Positions 13,855 through 27,154 of a stretch of 64,000 bases of DNA are shown here, one piece after another. Numbering within the stretch: the first letter of the stretch is position 1; each line of letters starts with the position of its first letter. The position numbers were made by a program, and so were the translations under genes. Source of the stretch: Glaucostegus cemiculus (Eukaryota); assembly GCA_976551045.1 (NCBI GenBank), contig CDPCPM010000370.1, forward strand, positions 496,001-560,000, in the 5' to 3' direction. Below the pieces are notes generated by a model. That model did no database searches. It was not told where the DNA came from and saw nothing but the letters and a program-made list of their open reading frames with translations.

Positions 13855-14873
13855 ATGCGAGTTCTTATACCGGCTGCGTCGTGGGCGACCTTCATTATCC
13901 GTAAGAAGATTAATTTCTCTCAATGAGATGAAATTGTTGCTAAAATAGAATAATTTAACTGAATTGCTGCAGCTTATTTATTGGACCAGACTTGCGTTAA
14001 AGCACATTGACCGCATTTCCACGATGGAAATGAAAATATTAGTTTCAGTATAGATTTATTAGACGATTACATTCCACGAAAATATCTGAGCTATTTTACC
14101 ACAGGGAAGGGACGCTGATAGACCGAAGCCTCATGTAATTTTTTTCTACAGAATCAACATGAATGCGTTTAGAGTTATGCGGCATTAAGAAAATCGTGTT
14201 TCATATTATATTATTGTTCACTGATAAAATACTTCAGAGAATAAAAGAAGAGTTTTTCTTCAGGGGATATGCAGCACTTCGTTGCACAAGATAGATGGCT
14301 AAATATAAAGGCAACCGAACACGTTGCAAAACGGAACACTATGAGAGAAAACGATGGGCCGAGATGTACAAAAGAAACTGGGGATTTGGGTAAATGTGGG
14401 AGATTGTGCAGGATATGCAGACGGGCAACGTCCACTTGTTCAGGAGGTGCAGATTCTCTGCCGTAAATTGAAGCTAATTTTTTAAAATATTCCATCTGTA
14501 ATCTCTGAGTCAGTTTGCTACAGTGTGAAAATTAAAATCAATTCATCGCTGTCCTCTAACTTTATCCAGGTGTGGCCTCTGCAGTTTCTGTGACCCAGGA
14601 GGAAACCTCGCTCACACGGTCAGAAGAGGACTCCGTCACTTTAACCTGCACCTACAGCAATAATGGCTATTACTTATTCTGGTACCGCCAATACCCCAGC
14701 GGACAGCCCGAGTTTGTTGTCCGGAGATACACTGACGGGAGCTCTGATGAGAAGGCGGAATTCGCGCGCGACCGGTTTTCTGACTCCGTTCTGCAATCGG
14801 GGAAGAAGTATCGATTGACCATCTCAGGGCTCCGGCTATCTGACACGGCGGTGTATTACTGTGCAGTGAGACT
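13855..14873 (+). CDS. TCR alpha/delta-type V gene segment (intact)
   Basis: Leader 13855-13900 (MRVLIPAASWATFII, C|GTAAGA). V exon 14570-14873 (VTLTC..FWYRQYP..DTAVYYCAVR). RSS: CACAGTG 14874-14880, 23-bp spacer, ACAATAACT 14904-14912. Confidence 0.93.
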
Positions 14874-15489
14874 CACAGTGCAGGAAGCGTTGCCGAGCCT
14901 CGTACAATAACTGCTGAGGGTTTATGGGGTACAGCTGCTGTCTGTTCAGGGATTTAGGTCAAAGCGGCTCAGGCTGTGACACCAGAACCCAATCGCTATC
15001 TGTGAAGAACGCGGGCGGATGTCATGACTCCTTCCAGTACCGGCCGCGACTGCCTACTTTGAGGTGCATATCCGCTGCTCCACCGTAAATAACATGATCC
15101 GCAAGACGCTGCATTTACCGCAAAACCACTGTTTAACAAATACGTCACGGCTAATGAAAGAATGAAGATTGTTTAAATGTCAATCTTCAGTGCAACAGAG
15201 CGAGAGCGGAATGTCAAGAGCCGAGATGAATATATTTGGAGCAAATGCTGTTCAACATGTCATTTGCCTTGCTGTCAAATTAAGCAGTTATGAAACTATC
15301 TCTGTTTCATGTTGCCAAGGTGCGTTCCTGGATCCACGCGTTGTGGTTTGCGCGAAACATAGTCAAACCAGAGCAGTAAGGGTCAAAAACGTCTTCTTTA
15401 AAGAACATTATAAAAGACATGGATGTTTACAATAATTTGTATTTGTATTGTTATTTGTGTCAATGTATGTTTTTAATTCATTTTTTAAG

Positions 15490-15595
15490 TTTTTCTTTTA
15501 TTTACAGCGTGGTAACAGGCCCTTTCCGCCCAAAGAGTCTGTGCCGCCCATTTTAAACCCCCAAATTAACCTACTCATACGTCTTTTAGAATGTT
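15490..15595 (-). mobile_element. Truncated SINE 3' end
   Basis: TTTATTTACAGCGTGGTAACAGGCCCTTTCCGCCC..TTAACCTAC matches the tail of the SINE at 58517-58767. Confidence 0.7.
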
Positions 15596-15631
15596 AATGG
15601 ATATTTTGCGAATTCCTGTTTTACTTTCAGA

Positions 15632-15914
15632 TCAATGTCTCTCGGACAGAGTGCCACAGTCTCCATCTGTCATAACCGCCGAGAACGGGACTCGACGCAC
15701 ATAAGCTGCAGTTGTGACACTTCCAGAACTTATTCTACGCAGCAGTACAGACAGAAAGCCGGCAGAGCCTCTAGTGGCTAAAACGCGAGCAGTGGCTGGG
15801 ACAGAGGAGAGGAGTCGGATTGAATCGGATATCTCCACTGATAAGGCCGCCACATTATCATCAAGAGCTGCGGCAGGCGTGGAGAGGACGTTGTATTACT
15901 GTGCGATGCAGCGT
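15632..15914 (+). pseudogene. TCR V pseudogene
   Basis: Acceptor TTTCAG at 15631. ISCS and QYRQKAG remnants, then LYYCAMQR in another frame. Degenerate RSS: CACAGGG 15915-15921, 21-bp spacer, AGAAAAACC 15943-15951. Confidence 0.75.
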
Positions 15915-16029
15915 CACAGGGAGGGGAAACACGGCGCCCCTCAGAAAAACCTTGCTATTCACAGCGGCAGCCGTTTTCGACAGCGCGGAGAATTTTTGTA
16001 CAGGTTCAGTGCCGCTCCGTGTCTCTGTG

Positions 16030-16547
16030 GGTTTCAGGGCGCAGTAATACATGGCCGAGTCTCCCCGCTGAGCATCAGTCACAGTCAGTGGAACTATTTG
16101 CATCTTGTGATCGAACGTGGCTGAAAATCGTGTCTCTGGATTTTTCTCCTGGTTGTCGCTAAATCTGCTTTCGTGCACCAGAAACTCAATCGAACCGCGG
16201 GAATACTGACGATACCAGAACAAATTCGGATTGTCCATGTCCCTAGCTGAATATTTACAGTGCAATTGGGCATCGTCCCCTTCCTTCACTGTGACTGCCG
16301 CCAGTGTCTGTGAAACAGAGTCCCCGCGAGTGTGTCCTGCATGAAACGCAGTATGATTTAATGAAACAACATCATTGCACTGTCCCTGTCCCTTTCTATC
16401 TGCCCCATACTTGCACCATTTCGATGGGGAATGAACTGACCACTTAAATATAAATTCTGTACAGTTGTGTGTCATTCCTGATGTGCATTTGGTTAACTTA
16501 CCCGTAAAGAGAGTCGCCGCAATGAGCAGGGAATAAACAACTAACAT
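16030..16547 (-). CDS. TCR alpha/delta-type V gene segment (intact, inverted)
   Basis: Leader 16547-16502 (MLVVYSLLIAATLFT, G|GTAAGT). V exon 16336-16030 (AQLHC..FWYRQY..DSAMYYCALKP). RSS: CACAGAG 16029-16023, 23-bp spacer, ACAAAAATT 15999-15991. Confidence 0.93.
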
Positions 16548-18629
16548 ATTCCCTTGTCGCTGATGGCGGATTTCAACAGAATCCCCTTGGCCCTTTGTCG
16601 ACTTTCGTTGCATGTTGTGTGACACCCTCCCTCTCTGCCGACTGAGTTTTCTCCCGCCGTGTGAACAGGTGACATCGAATCAGCTGTCTGGTCCTTTATC
16701 CGCCAATTCGTCCAATCACTGACAGGAGACGGCCGTCCCAGGATTTTCTCGAGTCGCAAAACGGAAATAGAAATCAAACGGATAAACGCAGCACGCCGCA
16801 GGTGCTGGGTGTCCCGAATAAAAACAGAACATCATTCAACCAGATGAAATCTGCTCAAGATAAACTTTTCACTTCAGTGCCGACACCTCGATGGAGCAAC
16901 AACGTATGCTTACCGTGGTTCTGGTCAGGTTGCCCAGGGAACAAGGGGAAAGGCTCTCTCTCAGAGACCGGGACCAATTCGTCACTCATAAATGGGAGAG
17001 AATTTAACGAAGTGGAAGAGGCATGATAAATGGACCATGGTGTAAAATGGATAAATAAGGAAAACGACATATTCATCTAAAGAGTAATAGCACTTCAGGG
17101 AAAAATTTGCGGTGACCTCCAAATAGAGCCCTTGATTGCATTGCACCCGACTATGTTGCAGAATTATGGTTGTCCGACGTTAAGAAGGATTTATTTGTTA
17201 TAAAGAGGGCGGGGATTGGTCACAACGTTGATTCCTATTTTGGCGTTTGAAGATTGATTATGCAAACTGCCTGGACTCTCCATAATTCTGCAAAAAAAAC
17301 CGAAATGGGTTCAAGTTGCTATATGCTGAAACCTCACGGGGCGTAACCGGTGGATGACGAGATGATGGTTTCCCTTGGCGGAGTTGTCTTGAACGAGGAC
17401 CTACCGTTTTTAAAGCAAGAAGTCGGCGAAACAAGGCGAGGATGAAAATAAATTATTTCACTCAGAGGCATGTGAATTTTTGCAACTCTTCTCTCAACCG
17501 GGTTCTGAAGGCTCAGAGACTTCATACTTTCAAACAAGCCAGTAACATCCATACTCTGTAAGTAATTCTCGTTATTTTAAAAGAAAGTGCTGTTTGAAAA
17601 TTAAATAATAATAATAAACTCTGTCCCAGGCTGATGGAAACTCTTGACTCTCCACGGAAATCGTACAAAGATGCTGTGATAACCAATGAATGGAACAGAA
17701 AGGTGGAATTCCCCACTGGAGAAATCATTATCCTGCACATCCAAAGGTGACTGCCTGGCGGAGACGTGCGCTCTGATTTCACAGACCCGGGATATTTGTG
17801 AGACCTTCGAGTGCTTTATGTTGTGGGTGAGGCAGGTAGCAGACTGGGCCCAGTCCTGCCACTTCTTTTGAAAGCGTGGAAGTTGGTCTCTGGGCTGCTC
17901 TAGCAACTGCAGAAAACACTTGCATTTATATGGCAACTTTAATGTAGCGAGATCATCCAGGTCAAGTTCATTGTCATGTGCACAAGTACAGGTACAATGT
18001 AAAACTTGCTCGAAGCAGCATCACAGGCACATAGATTCAGACATTTCGCAAGAAGGTTCTGAAACACCGTTTAACAAGACTGGTAAGATTTTAAGGCAGG
18101 TGATCAAAAACTTGACCAAGTATATAGGAATGTCGGGAGAAAGGAAGAGGGGTATTGATTTATTATTGCCACTTATACTGAGGTACAGTGAAAAACTTGT
18201 CTTGCATACCGATCGTACAGGTCAATTCATTGCACAGTGCAGTTAGGTTGTGTTAGTACAAAGTGCATTGAGATAGCACAGGTAAACACAATAACAGTAC
18301 AGAGTAAAGTGTCACAGCTGCAGAGAAACTGCAGTGCAGGTAGACAATAAGATGCAAGGTCACAAGGTAGATCGTGAGGTCAGAGTCCATCCCATCATGT
18401 AAGGGAACTGTTCAATAGTCTTATCACTGTGGGTTAGAAGTCTGGTGATACATGCCCTTTGGCTCCTGTATCTTCTACCCGATGGAAGAGGAGAGAATGA
18501 CTTGGATGGGTGGGTGGGGGGCGGTGTGGTAAGAGAGAAGCAGAAAACAGGAGAGTTTGAAGGAGGGAATTCAGGAGCTTCAGGTTTGAGCAGTTGAAGG
18601 AATAGCCGCAGGGTGGAGCAATTAAATTC

Positions 18630-18875
18630 TGCAGCAACACACACAGAATGCTAGAGGAACTCAGCAGGTCAGGCAGCATCTACGGAGGGAAATGAACAGT
18701 TGAGATTTCGGGCCAAGACCCTTCATTGGGACTGGAAAGGAAGAGGGCAGAAGCAAGAATCTGTCCTGATTCTGGTCCTGATGAAGGGTCTCAGCCTGAA
18801 ATGTCGACTTTCATTTCCCTCCTTAGATGCTGCCTGACCAGCTGAGTTCCTCCAGCATTCGGTGTGCGTTGCTCC
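18630..18875. mobile_element. Palindromic non-autonomous element (long inverted repeat)
   Basis: Arm AATGCTAGAGGAACTCAGCAGGTCAGGCAGCATCT..GACCCTTCAT (about 18645-18727) pairs with ATGAAGGGTC..AGATGCTGCCTGACCAGCTGAGTTCCTCCAGCATT (about 18781-18860). Partial relatives near 10850, 22250, 24130 and 25110. Confidence 0.75.
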
Positions 18876-20795
18876 AGGTTTCCAGCATCTGCAGTCACAA
18901 GTAAATTCTGGGATTGCGCAAGTTCACGATTGTCGGAGTGGAGATATTATGGATGTTCGTAAGGGTAGGGGAGATTGAAAATAGGAAGGAACAATCAGCA
19001 TCGGGTATGCACATGACCTTGGCATTGAAATGTGAGCCTGAGCATCGTTAGCACAGTGGAGAAAGGCTTGTGTCCTTGTCATTCAGAACTGGCCAAGCTT
19101 AACAATGTTAGAACTCTTCAAAGTTTTTTTGATACATTGTGCTCTAATGGAGACCCCAAATACACATACACGCACGCTCGCACACACGCACNNNNNNNNN
19201 NNNNNNNNNNNNNNNNNNNNNNNNNNNNNNNNNNNNNNNNNNNNNNNNNNNNNNNNNNNNNNNNNNNNNNNNNNNNNNNNNNNNNNNNNNNNNNNNNNNN
19301 NNNNNNNNNNNNNNNNNNNNNNNNNNNNNNNNNTACACGAGCGCACATTGGAAACATAAACGAGGGTGGAGGAATGACCCATCCTGATACAAAGGGAATG
19401 AAAGTGGAAGTTATCAGATATTGGAGAATGCTACATTGAATCTTGCAGGATGCAACGTACCCATACAGGGGAGGAGGTGTACTTCGGCCTGTTGAATTAT
19501 ACGTTGTCTTTTTTTTTCAACATGAGAACAGCACGTTACACAGCTAAAGGAGCAGAACTTCCCCTTTACAGACACATATTTTCATCTAACTAGAGACATT
19601 TGCTCCAGCCATTGCTCAACCCAAACTTCATCACTACCAAGACGAAATTGTCTCTTTCTTTCTGAGTTCTGATAAAGGGTCTCAGACCTGAAACATTAAT
19701 GGTTTCTCTTTGCATAGGTGTCGCTGCTGTATTTTGACATCACTTGCTGTTTACTTACATTCCTCACATTCTCTGGCGCAATTCCACTCTCGGTTACTTT
19801 CCGCCAATTTAACGGTAACTGACATTCAACAAGGAACGCAGCTAGTTACAAAATAAATAATAAATACAAAAGAACGCATGAATAGGTCAAAAACATTCAT
19901 CCTCTGTCATTCAACAAGAGCTTGGTTGCGCTTTAAACTCAACGCCGTTTTCCGGCAATAACTCCATATCCATTAAGTTGCTAAATATCTCAAAAAAAGA
20001 TTGATCCAAGAAAAATGTCCTGCCGACTGATGCTGCACCTTTGCTGCAATCTGCAGGATTGAAGCAGAATTTCTCTATGGCGGTTTGACCTTCAACTGAG
20101 TGATGTTTCTCTTTAATATTTAGCACATTGTGAAGAAAACATTTTCAAATCGATTATGGATATCGAAATGGTTTTATTTGATGTAGATTACGGAAATCCT
20201 ATCATCCAATTTCTTGGGCATGATCTAACTGCGTGTTATCTATCAGTCTGGAAGTCAAGGAACACACTGACGTCTTTACGTTATTACTCTATTAATTCTT
20301 GTTAACCAAACACGAATCTTGTTTAGAGTATTATGGTCATGAAGTAATGCATAAAGGGAGAGTCTATATTGATTCCTCATTTAATCATTTATTGTATCAT
20401 ATGTTATGTATTCACTCGTATATGAGTAGACTCAGAAACATACACTGAGCAGGAAATTATGTGTAGTTGGATAGAGCCAATAGTTATTGTACATAGCTCA
20501 GTGTCTTTGGACGGCGCAAGCTCGTTTTGAGAGACCAACAATTCGTATCAGTGCAACCACCCACAATTCCGCAAAAAGTGAAGCCTGCTTGTGATTGAAG
20601 TTATTTCTAAAGACGTAAAGCAAGTTTGAACACATTTCAGACATCTACTTGGAATTTTACTGAAGCTCAGACGACACGATGTTCGTTTCTGCAGATCATG
20701 CCCTTGCTTTGCGGTGAATCGTTATTTAACTTGATTATGTGTCGCCTGGATTAATTTTTCCCTCAGACTGTTCATAGGTTCTCTGTTTGTTGCAG

Positions 20796-21100
20796 GGACA
20801 ACGGTAGGAGTTTCGGTGTGCGACGATCCGCCTGTACTATCGATTACAGAAGGACAAACCATAACATTTAATAGCAGTTACTGGGCAAAATACGTTGCAT
20901 AAACTCTCTACTGGTACGTCCAATATCCAGGGGACACCTCCGAGATTTTTACTGTAGATCTTGAGCAAGAACGGCGGAAATCGATCCACAGACTTCTCGC
21001 CCTACTCACCTGCTTAGTTGTATTAAGAGAATATATTTCCTTTCAGTGTTTCAAGGGTTCTGTCCTCCGACTCTGCCGTGTATCGCTGTGGACTGCGCCC
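20796..21100 (+). pseudogene. TCR V pseudogene
   Basis: EGQTITFNS (first Cys lost), in-frame TAA, LYWYVQYPG, a frameshift, then SDSAVYRC. RSS-like CACACTA 21101-21107, 22-bp spacer, ACAACAATC. Confidence 0.85.
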
Positions 21101-24100
21101 CACACTATGACCAGTGCGCAGTGATTCTTACAACAATCTGCGTATGTCTCTAAGCAACTTCCACTGAATTACGATTAGCAGATGGATTGTGAGCAGATCA
21201 CAGAGAGGGAACCAAATGAAAATTTTGGCAGAGACTTTCAGTATTTCAAACTTTGTTATATTCTGGCTGTTACCTTCATTATTACCCATATTAAGGCCCT
21301 GATACTCATTGAGCATCGCTCTTGCTTAATGCCCAGGATCGGGCAATGGTTCCAGAATCACATTAACTGCTTCCTTTCCCTGATTCAACACCTATCGTTG
21401 GACTGGGTTTGGTGATGGATTCCAGTTGCTGTATGGAAGTAGTAATTTCAGCTAAGGAGCAGGAGTCGGGCACGTGTTCCTTCCAATCTGCTCTGCATTT
21501 CATCATGACCACGACTCTTCATTTAACTCAGCGCCACTTCCCCGAGAAATTCCCAACTTCCTTTGTTTCCCTACCTCTGCAGAAATCTACCGACCTCTTC
21601 TTTGAATTACTCAAGGTTTGAGTTCCCCAGGCTTCCGCCGGTCGATTGTTAAAGATTCAGTACTCTCTGCCTCACACGTCATCTCAGTCCTACATATCCT
21701 ACTGTTTACAATAGAACTGTGCCCCATAATCCCAAGCCCATCAGCCATGGGTAACACGCTGCCTATATCCAACCAATTGATCCCTGCAATAATTTGCAAA
21801 TATCAATGAGATTTAATCTTCTTTTAAACTCAGAGCCCAGTCTATTTATTCTTTCCTCATACAGGAAAGTCACAATCCGTCGAACCAGTCAAGCGAACTT
21901 CCATTTTACTCCCTCTGTTTCTGCAGCTACACTCCACAACTGTAATGCAACTCTCCTGTAATAAAGGTGAAGACGATATTTACGTTCCCAATTGCTTAAT
22001 TGTAATCTTTTTCTGTGTATGTTTGTGACTTTCTCTCTAAATCTCTATGTGCCTGTATATTTGTGTAACACGTTGATTTGAGTGCCTGTGTTAGTGTTTG
22101 GTCTGTCCGTTTCTCAGTTGTTCTCCTTCCAGCCGAGAAGAACACAAGAGGGCGCTGTCAGGTCACGTCTGAGACACCGTATGTTTGAAGAATCTGAGAT
22201 GTTGGAGGACAATAATCCTGCGCCAGTCCAGTGTATCTCCTTCGGAAGAAGGGTCTTCGATCTGAAACGTTAACTGTGTTTCTCTGTCCACACATGCTGC
22301 CTTACATGATAGTTGAGTCCAGGGCTTTCAGATATTAAATATGTTGTTAATTCTCGCTGTGTGTCTGTGGCTCTGTTTCCACTGCACCACACCTTGCTGC
22401 CGCTGTTCACCCAAGGACACGTTTGAAAGAGCCGGACAACGTTGGAATTCGCTTTCAATAGAGTGGTCGGCGCCTCCAGCAGATGGAGAGAGTCGGCGAG
22501 TGGCCCTCAACTCACACTAACTGGCTAATAAATGGTTGAAATTCAGAGTAATATACCCATACTGTGCCACGCCAACGCCCGGGGCTTTTAACACAAGCAA
22601 GACTGTCCGGCATATGATTTTCTTATTGAAATGTTCATTCAAGTTAACGATTTAATCAACGGACAGGGAGGATATTGAGTCATATTTCTCCTCGCTGTTT
22701 GGTGAGGAGGTCTTTACTCTTCAAACCACAGCTCTAAAAACCTTAAATCAATTTCTTGCAATCAGGTAGCAACTCCTTTGTTATCGGCTCGTCCTTTCAG
22801 ATGGCAATGACCTTATTTTTTGATTGAACATCTGAAGCTTCGTTCATGAACATCAAACGTGGACAATCCTCGGAGTGGGAAAAAAACATTTTCCATTTAG
22901 CACAATTGGACTACTAAGCAGATGGAGATTCACTGGAACAGAGACAGGGAAAAGAGACAAAACTGTTCTCGAGTCTTCCAACATGAATGGAGAATTGGGA
23001 GGTATTCTTATTCAGCGACGAGAAGACCCAGTAGAAGCCCACGCCAATCACCAAGCATTTGGTCTTCCACCAACCTATCCATAAATGCAGCTGGGTGTCA
23101 ATAGTCGTCGGTTTCATTCTCATCACAGGCGCCAGAATATACAGCCAAAGAACGAGGAAGTTATGCCGGCACTATACTCCTCTCTTCTTCGGAGGTGCTT
23201 TGAGTATTGTCTGCAGTTCCGCTCACTGCATTGCACGGAGATCTGACTGAACTCGTGGGATGTGGGGACGGTCGAATCACAAGGATGTTGTTCAACAGGG
23301 AGAATTTAGAGGAAATCACAGACTAGACATGCGTGCGTTTTTTTCCTTGAACAAGAGGAGGTTGGGAGGAATGTTTCCGGAACTGTTAATTTTCGAAGGG
23401 TCCAGATGAAGTAAATGGAAAAGATCTATTTTCTTGACTTCTGGAAACCGTGTGGAAAGATTACAGGAAAGACCATGTGACGAATCATGTGACATATACC
23501 TCTTTTCATTGACACCGCTGTTACTCCATCCCTGGATGCCTGGAGACAGCACAACCTGGGGTTACATCCGGGGGTCAGGGGGGTGAACGGAGATCCACAC
23601 GGCGTCTGGAGATTATGGATGTTGCTTCTACTATTTTCCATCAGGATGACTCTCGGGGCGCAGACATTCTTTATGGAGCCGCTCAGCTGCAGCCTCAACG
23701 CACATACGATAAACCCGGGGAATTTGTCCGAGCTGTCGAGTACTGTACAAAAATGAAATTTGGAAATAAATGAAGAGAAATTTTTCGCTCAAGCATTCCA
23801 GCAGAGGACAGCAAAAAGCTGGGATCCGCCTGGCTCTCCCGATTTCGAAAGTCGGCTGCTCAGTGAGAAGTTAGTTTGGCAGTTTTCATCACATGATCTG
23901 CTCAATTCTTTCAGCAATATCCTGATAGTCTACTGGTCAGGATTAGACGCTCACCGTTCCCGGCCAGGGAGACTCGGAGTTTATGTATTTTATGGAGCCA
24001 AAAGTCGTGCCTCGGACTGACACTCATTGCAGTTTCAGTGCACCGCACCCAGGGGAACCAGAGGTTATTAGTAAACTCGTGAGGTAATCAACAATGCAAA

Positions 24101-25543
24101 TTGACGTTAGTAGTTATTCCGTTTCATTTTCCACAGATGCTGCCTGTACTGCTGAGAGGCTCCGGATTTTTCTGCTTTTATTTCGTATTTTCTTGCATCT
24201 GTAAGAAAGCAACCCAGGATCTCTTGAAATATCCAGACAACCCATGAAGTTTGCCATGGCTGAGAACAAGGAACCCATTTTGTTTCTCACAGCGAGTCAT
24301 TTGTTACTGAAGAGAACATTGTTTGCCTTTTATAAATGTTATCAGACTCGAAGTACGTTGTGTATAACAATAGTGGACGGCACGAATAACCATTATGACA
24401 ACATATGCTTCAAGATTGCATTATTCGTGCATTATACAATGCACCATTCGGACGTGCTATTGACACACCTGATTTTTTTTCTCCAACCAAATGACATTTA
24501 CATTGCCATTAATCTCATGGTCATCCGGACCCAGCGACCCGGAAATCTCCGCGGCTTTGGGTTCCGTCATCATGGATCTGCTCAACACATTGAAAACTAC
24601 TCACCTTCGACACACAGAATGAACCTGATGTCACTCTAAAATGTATGATGGGAGACTGCTTCCAAATCTCACATTGGAGGCCAGATCGTCACGGCCGCTA
24701 TGTGACAACAATGCATGGTGTCCATTGGCTGTCGCCGGGTTCATGAGTGGGGGCAAGCAGTGAGATGAACAGCCTGACGANNNNNNNNNNNNNNNNNNNN
24801 NNNNNNNNNNNNNNNNNNNNNNNNNNNNNNNNNNNNNNNNNNNNNNNNNNNNNNNNNNNNNNNNNNNNNNNNNNNNNNNNNNNNNNNNNNNNNNNNNNNN
24901 NNNNNNNNNNNNNNNNNNNNNNNNNNNNNNNNNNNNNNNNNNNNNNNNNNNNNNNNNNNNNNNNNNNNNNNNNNNNNNNNNNNNNNNNNNNNNNNNNNNN
25001 GTTTTAGTCAGAGAGACATCAAGCTGTCTGGCATGATTCTCACTGTCTCTGCTCAACCGGACAGATCTATTTGTCGCCCTGGTCAATTACGGAGCAAAAT
25101 GAAAACCATGATAATGCTGGAGGAACTCAGCAAGCTAGGTAGCATCTATGGAGATTCGGGTCAGAACCCTTCATTAGTATTCGCCAACGTTTCGGGTCAG
25201 GACCCTTCTTCAGGACAATTACAGAGCAAAATCTCTCTGCACAACTGGAGACAAGAGTCCCGTCACGTCTTCGAGCACTCGCGGTGAATGTTCATCGGGC
25301 CGTTTCATTGCTCCTCTGAAAATTAAGGTCTCGGTTTCTTTGGACTTCACCGCTTTACACATCAGCTTCAGAAGTTACTGTTTGAATGCTCTGAATTAAG
25401 AACAAACCTACAGCTGAGGGATGGAGGAAGAATGAAAGGATCTGATTGGTTTTCCCCAGTAGGTGACGTTGCTTTCACGCCTTCCACCTGATCTCCCTCA
25501 GAGCTTTGAGACAGAAGATATCCTGGCTGTCGGGAGCAGCAAA

Positions 25544-27154
25544 ATGCGTTTCCTTGCACATCCTGCGTTGTTTATGACGTTCCTCTTCGGTAAGAATGTT
25601 AAAGAGTTTTAAATTGCTTTATTTCATCAAAGACTGAATAGCAAATCAACAGGTTGCGCTCATGATCGACTCTACCTTTTGTAGCGAAAATTGAAAAGGA
25701 TAAAGGAAGAGAGGAAATATAAAAGAACTACAACGTCACAACAAATAAATTCTGCGAGGTTCTGGCCATCAGCTAATTTCCATCAGGTTGAGATCTGTTG
25801 TCTGGTAAAACGAAACTCCAGGAAAACTTTGAGACTGTCAAGTTCTCGTTCTGAATATTAACTCTGAATATGGAGAAAACGTTTCTATCTGTGTGGAATT
25901 CACTTGCGGTGCGCAGGAGCATCGGGTCGCTGGCGCATGAATTATTCAGCGGCGGTTCGGTCCGGCTGTATTATGAGAAGGTCATTAGAATTTCAGTATC
26001 AGATGAAGTAGTTGCGGTGATTTCCTGATGTTCATGGGAAAGACTGATGTGCCCGAAGGAGAAAATAATGAGGGATAACACGAGAGTACAGGGAAACAGT
26101 GTTGGTGATGCTGGTGTTGAGAATGTGCATAAGGTACGGGGAAGATTAGGAGAACTAAAGATTGTGAGCCCTGAGACGTGAGTTAATATGGATGCCACTG
26201 TAACTGTATTAGAGTGCTTGGAACAGAGATGCTTTGCGTTCCACGGCTTTAACCAGACATTTTGCCTGCTTCAGCTAAAGTTCTGCAGCCTTGAAATATG
26301 ACAATACCGCTGCAAATAGTTCCCATTTCAGCAAGTCTGCACACTGGTTCCTTGTTCCCCAAACTGACCCTGAGGTCAGAAGAAGGAACCTTGAACGGAC
26401 AGATGGTCCGGAGGGGATTGATGAGCTACTTTCTGGACCAACTTATTAACTATTTTAAGTATTTCTCTTTGCCTGTAGCCAATCTTGATTATTAATGTAT
26501 GATCATTCCTTGTATGGTAATCGTTTGTACCTCTGAAAAGGTATAAGAATGTATCTGAGCTGATGCACCTCAGAGACCACTGGGTCTGGGACATGAGTGT
26601 CTGACCTGATGCTCTCTCCTCGGATCAAATAAAGGAAGAGGTTTTAAAGAGATTGTTGGGCTTTTGAGTTTTCTCTCCGACCGAGTTCGACAGTGTGAGA
26701 CAGACGCATATAGCTGACTGGGATACCTACTGCCCAATTGGATTATCTCCTGTAAATTCGATGTATTTTTACGTAACATTAATTGTTCCTTGACCCGAAC
26801 AATTGCGTCTAGCTATGCATTAAGGTTACCCTTCCTCTGTCTTTAAGCAGGACTCAACAATGCCGATTCCATAAAACAACTGGAGTCTTCGTTCACACGG
26901 ACTGAATGGGAGGACGTCTCCTTGACCTGTACCTACCCAAGGGATGCTTTTTATTTGTCTTGGTACTGCCAATATCCAGGACGACAGCCTGTGTTGGTGG
27001 TTATGATGGCCATTCACGGATCTTACGAAGATAAGGCGAGCTTCGCTGAAATCCGGTTTTCTCACGCAGTTAGCAAGTCTTTCAAGGAATACGAATTGAC
27101 CATCAAAGGATTGCAGCTGTCTGACACGGCGGTGTATTACTGTGTACAGTTACT
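25544..27154 (+). CDS. TCR alpha/delta-type V gene segment (open frame; related to the V at 14570)
   Basis: Probable leader 25544-25589 (MRFLAHPALFMTFLF, G|GTAAGA). V exon 26851-27154 (VSLTC..SWYCQYPG..DTAVYYCVQL). RSS: CACAGTG 27155-27161, 23-bp spacer, ACAAAAACA 27185-27193. Confidence 0.88.

Noticed and set aside
15861-16625. 254-aa ORF suggesting an intronless leader-V gene
   Set aside because: Canonical GT/AG sites define a 165-bp intron (16501-16337) that happens to be in frame without stops; it is an ordinary split V gene.
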